64,000 nucleotides of DNA from Podarcis cretensis. Lineage: Eukaryota. The notes under the pieces were generated by a model, which searched no databases, was not told where the DNA came from, and saw nothing but the letters and a program-made list of their open reading frames with translations. Below are positions 28,101 to 37,662 of this stretch, piece by piece. The position numbers were made by a program, and so were the translations under genes. Each line of letters opens with the position of its first letter. Position 1 is the first letter of the stretch. Location: contig OX638154.1 in NCBI GenBank assembly GCA_951804945.1, forward strand, positions 44,764,001 to 44,828,000, in the 5' to 3' direction.

Positions 28101-31100
28101 GTGCTTCAGGTTAAGAACAGTTTCAGGTTAAGAACAGGCCTCCAGAATGAATTAAGTTCTTAACCCGAGGTACCACTGTATCAGTTTATGCTAGAGAAAT
28201 GTCTGGTGGACCCACAGCTTCTGTATCAGCTGCTAGAACAGCTCAGAAGCATCTTACAAAAAGTTAAGCACCTCTTTTACCCACATCACAGTTACATCTT
28301 AATGTTGTTTCTAAGAAAAAGCTGACCTCTGCTTTAGCGCTTGGAACTCTGGGAAGAGCCTGTCCTCGTCATTCCACTCATAAGGAGCAATCTTATTGTC
28401 GTTCATAGTTGCAAACGCATACATGAGGTGAGTGCAAAGATGTGGGTCCACGTTGTTTGGAAAGTACTTGGCTGGTTCAGGGCGGTACTGAGCCCAATTG
28501 GTGAAATAGCACACAACTTTGCAGGAATGGCCTGGTGAGAAAATGGAGATGGTGCCATTGTTGACACAAAGTCATGTTCAGAGTTCATTCAGTCATTATC
28601 CTCTAAAAGCGTGTCTGGACTGAGGATTTTTAAGCGGCAGACATAACAATTATGCAATCTTTCCTAGCTCTAAAGACAGTCCAGGGGCTCTAGTAGGAGT
28701 GGGGGCTACAGCACAAAATCCCAGAGCTAGTTTGTCACACAACTTTGAGATATCATTCCACAAGCCTACCATTTCCAATTTAAAGCTATAGTTCAGTGAT
28801 GGGGAACCAATATTGTTTCTGAAATAATACATGAACCCAAACACAGCTATCCTTCAAATTTCACATTTATCCAAGTTTTTTGATGCAGTTCTCCAATCAA
28901 GCGAAGTTTACTAGGGTTGCCATATTTCAGTGTTGAGCTTTTTTCAGTTCTGCCCAAAGTTGTTAAGCTTTTTTGCCAAAGTTGTTGAGCTTTTGTGGAT
29001 TCTTTTTTCAAATTTCTGTCTGGACACTGTTGCCGACTGCAGTATTCAAGATAAGGGAACCCTATGTTTACGAAACTGCATGTATGTTGGGAAAGATATA
29101 TAAAAATGAAGATATGCATAAAAATGAAGGTATTAATAAAAATAAATTAGTTAAAAATGCATTATATTAGGGGAAATGGCTTGCGAAAATGTGTTTATGA
29201 ACTGTCTATTAAAAATGTATTTATTAGGAGAAATTTGTATGAAAATGCTGGTGAATTTTCATGTGGTTTTTTTTTTTATTGCAAATTGCTGCAAAATGTA
29301 GGGAACTGAATCTAAGATAGGAAAAATGAGAAGCAAAGAGAACCTTCCTTTCCCTACTTATGGTCAACCTTTTGGAGAGTGGAGCCAGAAACCAAAGTGT
29401 GCAGATGTGTTCAAAGTGGCAAATGTTGGCAGAATATTATGCCAGAACATCACCTAGACAACTAAAATACAGATATCATATTAAATACATTTTGAGTGTT
29501 TATGTCTCTCCATTTATACATGTTTTTCACACACACACACGCGCACACACACATGCACAAATAAAATTGTGGACATATTTTATCACATCTTCACAATCAC
29601 TTGCTAGGCCACCAGAAGCCAGTTTAAAAATTGTTCCAGCCCATGAGCTGCTCCATCCCTACATCTTCCTACACCGCTAACTGTAACTTTTGTCCACAGC
29701 AAACTCACCATCCTCATCGGGATTTTCACTTGGCTTAGGAGTTGTTTCATCAGGAACCTGAGTAGTGGTTTCTTCAGGAGGTGGTGTTACGTCATCAGGA
29801 AGAGTAGTAGTTTCATCAGGAGGTATGGTGGGAGGATCAACAGTTGGAACATCACCACAGCCTAACAATAAGAAGTGCAGATGTTCAGAAAGGCATGTGG
29901 AAATCGCGAGTGCATTTAATATGTATTTTGACTTATGTGGCTTCTTTGACAATACTGAATTTGTTCAGTATTTTAAGCTGTCAGTAATATCTTATTGCTC
30001 TACTGACCTTTTGAGAAATACATTTAAGCTCCTGTTTTGATGGGAAATGGAATTTAATCTTTAAAAAATAATTACTCTGAGATTCACCTGAGACCTCTGA
30101 TCTAGGTTCACTACTGGTGTACATCATTGGATGGGCAAGCAGTAGGTTACATTTTTATTGCTAAAAAAGACCAAAGTAGCTTGCTGTTCCATAAGAACGA
30201 AACCTGATGTTGGAAGCTACAAAATCTGCACTTGGTCACAAGATAGAGGGCAGGAGGCAATAGCAAACTTAATTTGTATAGACAAAGGACCTACAAATTG
30301 GATACTATGCGGGAATTTGTTGCCAGATTAGCTAACAACCGAGGAAAGTCTCTGACATTGTCCCAGTGAGCCTCAATTGAGTGTAAAGGTAAAGGGACCC
30401 CTGACCATTAGGTCCAGTCGTGGCCAACTCTGGGGCTGGGGCGCTCATCTCGCTTTATTGGCCGAGGGAGCTGGTGTACAGCTTCCGGGTCATGTGGCCA
30501 GCATGACTAAGCTGCTTCTGGCAAACCAGAGCAGCACACGGAAACGCCGTTAGCCAGGTACAAATCAAATGACATGGGGGAGAACTTCATCAGTTCACAT
30601 TCTGCACTGAAGTCCCTTTGATACATGCTAGGGAATCAGATTTGCTGGAATTTTCCCACTGGCTACATACATACATACATACATACATACATACCTACCC
30701 ACCCAAGGAAGGAATGTCACACTGTTGTAAATAGGGCCACCTTGTATTTGGAGAGCCCGTGGAGGATCCTGCTTCACACACAGTGGAGCGCAAGATGGCC
30801 TTTGATGCTACATTTAGATGCCTTACCTCCTGCAAGGAGACTCTTCAGTTTGTTTATTAATGGGTAGGCTCCTTCACCACAGAATCCACCACTGAAGTCG
30901 TCCAAATCAATTGCCCATACCATGGCACCCCCAAACTTATTATCCTTCACAAACTGGGCCTGCAAGAGAATCATCATCAGCATCAGCATCATCATATTCC
31001 CATGATGCCATTTTCACATCAGGAGGAAGCTTCAGTTGCATCGGGCCTCTTCTTGTGCTATTCATATTACCATCTGACTTGTATTTCATTTAGTTGCTTT

Positions 31101-34100
31101 TTAAAACATTCATGCCCCACCCTTAAAAAGACCACTCGGGGCAGTTTTCAGCATATAACATTACAATTTCACGAAACAATATGGAATAATGCACACACAG
31201 AAATGGTATCTGCTTGTACATGGAACTCATTGGTTTTCCACACACTGAATCTTTGGAAGGGGAAGTCTTGCATGGAAGAAGTCACTTACATTACAACATG
31301 CAAATTGTGATAGCACAAAACATGACAGAATACACAAAGTTGAGAATGCTGATAACGATGTCTGTGACAAACCAAATGTAAGGGGGAAAGCTGTATGCAA
31401 AAAGGGTTCTTACTTTGTACTCATAACTCTTGGCATTGTCAAAGCCAACCCATTCGTTCCCTTTGGAGGCATATGGCACCTTCTGGTCTTCAATCCAACT
31501 AACCGTGGCATCTCTTATGAATGTGCAGATCTGCCAAAATATTATGATATTAGCAAGAGGACAAAATGAAGAAGTAGAATGGTCATGTCAAGAAAACAAT
31601 GACACTCATTGTGCTTAGAAATTACCACATGGTTAAGAGGCTTAGGATCATACCTGCAGCAGCTCTGCCTGTCACTTGCAGAAGAGGGCTCCTTTGTGAA
31701 TTTACTTGTATCTTTTAAATGTAATTGTACTCAATTGGTATTCAATTTGATTAGCCTCCTATTATAATAAATTTGCATAGGAGCCTATGCTTGTACCCAA
31801 AGATGCATAGGCTTCTCTACACATGCAGTCTGAACCTTCCATTTTGGCAGTTTATGGATTGTTTTTAGGGTACCTGTCTTTCCTGTGCAATCATTTCAAC
31901 TGTGTGGGGAGTGGCCAGTGGGCTGGCCACCTGTTCATAAGAACCCAGGAAGCTGCTTTATGTGCCCTTCTGAGATAGCTCAGTTGACACAGCATGAGAC
32001 TCTTAAGCGCAGGCTCGTGGGTTCAAGTCCGACCTTGCGCAAAAGATTCCTGCATTCCAGGTTGGACTAGACAACCCTTGTGGTCCTTTCCAACTCTACA
32101 ATTCTATGATTCTAAGTCCCACCATTCATCTATCTAGCTCAGTACCGTCTGCACCAATTGGTGGCAGCAGCTCCAGGAATACAAACGGGGGTGTCCTTCT
32201 GTAGCCCTATCTGGCAATGCCGGGGATTGAATCTGGGACAATCTGCATGCAAAGCAGATTCTCTGCCACTGAGCTACAGCCTTTTGTCATGAATATGCAT
32301 TAATACTTACCCAGAATGAATGCATTCGTGCATGGAATTGATGGCAGGCATTAATACTCATTCAATGAAGAAACAACCTGAATTTTCCTCACATCATTAC
32401 CTCATAGTAGGCCCAGAACCCAGCTTCTCTAGTATAAGGTCCAGAAGAGCCAGCCCCAGAAGCAGGAGCACCCACAGATGTATCACTGGTAGTAAGCCTG
32501 AAAGTGCGTCCATAGGTGGGAAATCCCATAAGAAGCTTGTTAGCTGGAACACCATTGTCTCTCCAGTATTTCATTGCAAACTCCTGTTTTGGGAAAAAAA
32601 GAATATGATATGGAGGGGGTTGTGGGATTTAATATCTGTCTTATTCTATGGGAGTTGGTCAAATCTATTCTCCATCTCCTTACACAGTTGAAATACTTTA
32701 AGTCACCCTGGTCTTTGGATCCCACATGCAATGGACTGTTGTGGCCTGTGAAGGTGTCCCAGCCGCCATGGAAGTCATATGTCATCACACTGATGAAATC
32801 CAGGAGCCTGGAGGAAGTTGCACAAGAAGCAGAGTTAACAGCCAACATTCTGACACAGGCACTAGGAGTGTATCTAAGAGAAGCCAAAGTCAGAGAAGGG
32901 GGCTATTATGAAGAAAATGCATGTTTTCATTTACTTACTTTCCTATTGCGGCTATTTCGTACCCAGCGTCAATGGTTCCTTTCCCTGCAGACACAGCTGC
33001 TGTGATTAGCAGTCTGGGGCGACCTGTGCTGGCAGCCTCAGCTGTAAAGGCCTCCAACATTTCCTAAAGAGGGAGGAGGAACTATTAGTGAATACCTATT
33101 AGCGGAGCAAGAGCAAACACGTGCCATTTTTTTCTGGAACTAGGCAGCTGTGGTCATTTTAATTTCCTACAATGCATTGCATCAATGTGGGGCACTGATG
33201 CAAATTAAAATGACAGTGCCCAAACAGTAGGATGCCTAGGCACCCTAAACGTGGAGTCAGACATGCCTATTAGAAGGTCATTTGTCTTTCTGACCATGAG
33301 GTTAAATGACCATTCTAAAACTGACAATGGTATCAGAGATCTCAGTCAAGAGTACCAATTTATCAGGGATTCTCTCAGTAACTAAGTCAGAAAGCTGAGC
33401 TAGTCCAGCGTCTTGCCTTTCATCTCAAGAGATCCATCTGAAAGGCCAGAGCCTAAGCTTATAATCTGGTCTGCCTCATACTGATCTAGCTTTATATCTG
33501 TGCCATTTAGCAGCAAAGTTCCTCTTCACATGTTCAGCAATTGCCAGATTCTAATGTATATTTTCCCCCCTTTGTGATACTGAGAGGAAAACATTTTAGC
33601 TCTGAAAATGGTAACAATATATCCCAAACATTAATCTGTTTTTAATCTGCAAAGATCAGCAACATGCTGATTAACACAATCCCGAAAAATGCTGGGTTTC
33701 TGTTATTTCCAAGACAGGGTTGGATAAGCAACTTTAGGGGGAACCTTGTATATAAGTTGAGGTTCTTGGTATATAGCCCATTTAGGGGCAGAAACAACTC
33801 AACAGCATATATCATCCATTCTACTTATGAGATTTCTATGTTTGTTAAAAGCTTTCAGTAGGCTAAGCTAGCTATGGAAGTATACTAGATCTGTGAGAGA
33901 ATGCTGGGCTGGTACCTCACCTGAATCAAGATGGTAAACCGTTGCTTATCTTCAGGGGGGCTGCCTCTAGAGCCTGGGTACTCAAAGTCCAAGTCAATCC
34001 CATCAAAATTAAATTTGCGGAGATATGCTATCACTGAATCAATGAAGGTCTTTCGGTTGGCAGCTGTGGCGACCATTGTGGTGAATCTAAAAGGAACAGA

Positions 34101-37012
34101 TCTCATTCTTAGTATTGCATTTTTAATGTGGTACTAAGGAAAACTTACTTTAAGGTAAAAATGCCTCCCTTAGAGAATGTATGAACACTTGCAAGAACAT
34201 GTTCGCAAATAAATTAATACTTAGCTCTAGCCCTGCCTTTTCGTACAGACTACTTAATTTCTCTTTATTGCTGTGAATTTTCAGAATTTCTAACATCTGC
34301 TAGAGCTTAGTGTGGTTTCTAACCATCTGGTTGATTCATAATTTGAACTCTTTGTCAGTGTAGAGGTAAATAAACAAAAGCCGTTCTCACTTCTGAGTGC
34401 CGAAATTCCACCCTCCGATAGCCAACAGCTGAACCAGTTCGGAATTCCTAAAAGGCACAGAATATATTAATATATTAAAGTGAATAGAGAAACGTTTTAA
34501 AGATATAGGTTTATACACTCAAGACAGTATTATACACAACAGTACAGCACCATTCCCTGTGCAATTATGTATTTATGCGGCACATGCATCAATCGGATGA
34601 ATCTAACCCAAAGGAGTTGCATTTAGGCCCCACTGAAACCAACTAACTTTTCACACATTTATTTCTATAGGACCTAAGTGTGTCTAACTTTAGTTGGATC
34701 CAACCCAATGCTTATTTCTTTATCACATTTGTATCTTCCCTTTCTTACAAGAAGCCCAAAGCAGCTTACATGGAATTATCCTATTTTATTTCTACTAACA
34801 ACAGTGTTGGTCAAGCTAAAATGTGGGGATTTGCCCAAGACCAATTGGTAAGTAACATGGACTGAATGAATATTTAAACCCAAACCAACTTCCATGTGCT
34901 ATTCACTTCACCCGAGTGTGCAAAATTATTGCATACATTGGAGAAAGAGGGCAAGGAGGTTGTTTTCCTCTTCTCTCATAATACTAGAACCAAAGAATCT
35001 AAGTGTTGGGAGACACAAGATGGAAAAAAGGAAATCCTCCTTCACACAGTTGCTACTTCAAGATACAGTGATGGCCACCAACCCAGAGACCTTTAAATTC
35101 ATGATGAATAAGGCTAGTCACAGTGTTTCATTGCTGCCTCCAGGATCAGTGGCAGTATGTCTCTAAATACTAGTTGATGGGGAACACAAGTGGAGAGAAT
35201 GCTATTGTGCTCATGTCCTTTCCATGGGCATCTGGTTGGTCAATGTGAGGACAGAATGTATACTTTTGACCTGATCTACAGGGGCTCGTGTTCATTCACT
35301 CTACCATGGACTGTTAATGCCTTTCAGTAAAACTCTTCAAACTTCTAGTTAGTATATTAGTATTAGCATGCGAAGAACCATCTTAGTATGAATTCACATC
35401 CATTCTCTAGTTCAGGCATAGGCAAACTCCGGCCCTCCAGATGTTTGGGACTACAATTCCCATCTTCCCTGGCTAACAGGAAGGACCAGTGGTCAGGGAT
35501 GATGGGAATTGTAGTCCCAAACATCTGGAGGGCCAGAGTTTGCCTATGCCTGCTCTAGTTGATGCAATCAGAGTTAAGGAATTGTGGGCCTAATATTATA
35601 AACCAATCGCAGTGCACGGCAAATATTATATTGCAGCTAGAAGCAAAGTTCCTAAATAATAGCTAGTGATGGCATGGCAAAAGCTGATGTAATGCACAGC
35701 AGCAAGCGAAGACTGAAGCAGCTGACATCACCACATTAGCTGAAATGTGTCATGTGAAGGGACACTGTTCAGAAGAATTCCTATCACCCTGGCACATAAA
35801 TTGACAGTTACGTGGCCCTAAACAGACATCCATATGTGAAATGTTGCTCTGCGGTTTTGCATTGCTGCTTACTTTTGCTTCAGTGCAGTAAACTCTGGGA
35901 AGAGCCTGTCTTCATCATTCCATTCATAAGGGGCAATCTTATTTTCATTCATCGTAGCGAAAGCATAGATCAGGTGGGTGCAGAGTTGTGGGTCCACATT
36001 GTTTGGGAAGTATTTGGCTGGCTCTGGCCTATACTGAGCCCAGTTGGTGAAATAGCATACAAGTTTGCATGCCGAGCCTGATCAGAAGAAACAAAACAAT
36101 GAAGCAGCTGTTTAAAATACTCATTACATCTCATTTTTTAATTAAAATCCCTTCCCAACCGTATATTTATATGCCAGGTAAGCATGCAAGGACTGTGTAG
36201 GAAGCAAGAACAAAACCCCTACGGGACAAACTTTTGGAAAGATGGGATGTGGCTATTTTAATTTGTACCATTTTGCCAAAAGTCTTCGTCACTCAGGCAA
36301 ATTTTGCATGAAGCAAGATGATAAATTGTCGAGTGAGGGAGAAGACTTGGAGTATATATATACAACCAGGAGTGCCAACTTGAATAAAATATGGGGGGGG
36401 CACTGGTTAATTTGAGTTAAATAGCAGTTCTGATTATTTGTAAATATTTCTTTCACATGGAATTCCCAGGATTCTTGATGGCTTACCATATAAATTATCC
36501 CTTTTTTACCTTTGAAATGACTCTAAAGTAATGAGACATGTCTACCTGGGATGGCTAAGGTAGAAGGAAAGTAAATCTGAGCTTCTCAAGTCTGAAATTC
36601 AGTTGACAGCACCATGCTGGGTAGAGTATGTTTTATCGCTTTTTAAAATTATTATTAATATTCTGTTGGGAGCCTACCAGAGTGGCTAGGGAAACCCAGC
36701 CAGATGGGCAGGGAATTAATTAATTAATTAATTAATTGCATCTTCTGCACACACACGCACACACAAAAACACACTACTCATCCCTAGTTAAGGAATGGAA
36801 TAAGTACTTACTGATTTGCAACTGCAGCAAAACAGCCAAACCTGCAAAGAACAGAGAAGAGAGTCCAAAGTAATGGAAAAATTGCGCAGTGTAGCTTAAC
36901 AAAGCACCATTCTTGGTGTCTGTGAAAAGAAATCCCACCTTACAAACCTTAAGAGAGACAGTCTACAAAATATTATAAATGACTCACCGACCCACAGCAG
37001 CACCTTCCCCAT
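19196..37012 (-). CDS. CHIA-like chitinase with two tandem GH18 catalytic domains (SP, GH18a, acidic linker, GH18b, linker, CBM14), 20 coding exons, 899 aa
   Basis: Exons: 36988-37012, 36812-36841, 35873-36077, 34391-34447, 33921-34086, 32939-33063, 32684-32807, 32401-32583, 31414-31530, 30827-30959, linker 29709-29861, 28327-28531, 27635-27691, 26108-26273, 25832-25956, 24930-25053, 23403-23585, 21696-21812, 20512-20647, 19196-19464. Total 2700 nt, open throughout, all GT-AG. Only one ATG/signal-peptide exon pair ([21 protein letters not shown]) and only one CBM14/stop exon. Chitinase identity is near certain; the single-transcript model is inferred from splice signals. Confidence 0.85.
19901..20142. 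mobile_element. Tc1/mariner (Tigger-like) MITE
   Basis: TA|CAGTTGAACC ... GTTCCACTG|TA, imperfect TIRs with TA TSD. Confidence 0.65.
20855..21145. mobile_element. Palindromic MITE-like repeat (related copy at about 27170-27345)
   Basis: Long imperfect inverted arms GAATTCTGGGAGCTGTAGTTT / AAACTACAGTTCCCAGAATTC. Confidence 0.55.
22793..22898. repeat. Tandem duplication of an approximately 53-bp unit
   Basis: AACATCATGCATACATTACAGAAAGGAGGG(G/A)TTGAGGGAGGAGTTG... occurs twice, inside an LTR-like segment starting at about 22566. Confidence 0.8.
23932..24298 (-). mobile_element. Full-length young Sauria SINE
   Basis: tRNA-like head (GGGACGCAGGTGGCGC...GGTTCGAATCC), (ACCTTT)n tail, 14-bp TSD TACAATGGCATTTA. 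Confidence 0.9.
27947..28178. mobile_element. Tigger-like MITE
   Basis: TIRs CAGTGGTACCTCGGGTTA / TAACCCGAGGTACCACTG with TA TSD. Confidence 0.85.
29709..29861 (-). other. Phase 1-1 inter-domain linker exon (153 nt), acidic and Pro/Thr-rich
   Basis: Acceptor cttcttattgttag|GC and donor GATG|gtgagt. Encodes [51 protein letters not shown](G). No CBM14 cysteines follow. Confidence 0.88.
30384..30552 (-). mobile_element. 5'-truncated Sauria SINE
   Basis: Reverse complement of the 3' half of the copies at 38541 and 57001, with an ACCTTT tail. Confidence 0.8.
31972..32113 (+). mobile_element. tRNA-Lys-derived SINE with CR1-like 3' tail
   Basis: TAGCTCAG...GAGACTCTTAA...GGTTCAAGTCC head followed by GGTTGGACTAGA...TTCCAAC...(ATTCTATG)n. 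Homologous to 58681-59300. Confidence 0.7.
35413..35552. mobile_element. hAT-like palindromic MITE
   Basis: Near-perfect hairpin CAGGCATAGGCAAACT ... AGTTTGCCTATGCCTG; 8-bp TSD CTCTAGTT. Confidence 0.88.
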
Positions 37013-37054
37013 CTTGCTTTCACATGAAGGAGCGCCAGGTGAAGCTCTGAGCAG

Positions 37055-37110
37055 CACTTTATAGGAGGGCAAGGCCTTCTTATCGCCGTGGAACCTGCAC
37101 ACCTGGACTC
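37055..37110 (-). promoter_or_regulatory. Proximal promoter of the double-domain chitinase
   Basis: Minus strand: GATAAG (37079-37084), TTGCCCTC, TATAAAG (37057-37063) 45 nt above the ATG; E-box CACCTG near 37100. Confidence 0.65.
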
Positions 37111-37284
37111 TTGAGAAGGTAGGATCACAGCAAAACAAGTCTACTGAACTTTTTAAAAATAGTAATTAATCATAATGAAGTCAGTAAGAAGAAACCCCTA
37201 ATGCTTTGGATTCAGACTTGGTGGGGATTAAGCCATACTGTGTTATTTTATCTATCTAGATTCACAATCTAGATATCGAATCTC

Positions 37285-37491
37285 GGGGACGCAGGTGTCG
37301 CTGTGGGTTAAAGCCTCAGCGCCTAGGGCTTGCCGATCGAAAGGTTGGCGGTTCGAATCCCTGCGGCGGGGTGCGCTCCCGCTGCTCGGTCCCAGCGCCT
37401 GCCAACCTAGCAGTTCGAAAGCACCTCCGGGTGCAAGTAGATAAATAGGGACCGCTTACCAGCGGGAAGGTAAACGGCGTTTCCGTGTGCG

Positions 37492-37522
<31 letters not shown>

Positions 37523-37662
37523 CCAGAGCAGCGATGTCACGCTGGCCACGTGACCCGGAAGTGTCTCCGGACAGCGCTGGCCCCTGGCCTCTTAAGTGAG
37601 ATGGGCGCACAACCCCCGAGTCTGTCAAGACTGGCCCGTACGGGCAGGGGTACCTTTACCTT
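37285..37662 (+). mobile_element. Full-length young Sauria SINE upstream of the double-domain chitinase
   Basis: Nearly identical to 23932-24298; internal (GGCTCT)n expansion; 12-bp TSD TAGATTCACAAT (37257-37268, 37663-37674). Confidence 0.9.

Larger units (their letters stand above)
20512..28531 (-). other. Second GH18 catalytic module (8 exons) of the double-domain chitinase
   Basis: [18 protein letters not shown]...[12 protein letters not shown]...MTYDFHGGW...[13 protein letters not shown]. Exon sizes 205/57/166/125/124/183/117/136. No ATG or signal-peptide exons of its own seen in 28532-29708. Confidence 0.92.
30827..36077 (-). other. First GH18 catalytic module (8 exons) of the double-domain chitinase
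   Basis: [15 protein letters not shown]...[12 protein letters not shown]...MTYDFHGGW...[13 protein letters not shown]. Exon sizes 205/57/166/125/124/183/117/133 match the neighbouring paralogue. Confidence 0.93.

Noticed and set aside
19196-37012. Two separate chitinase genes (one lacking CBM14, one lacking a signal peptide) or pseudogenes
   Set aside because: The two parts are exactly complementary, joined by canonical in-phase splice sites, with no stops or frameshifts and only one promoter and one post-CBM polyA signal. Retained only as the alternative to test.
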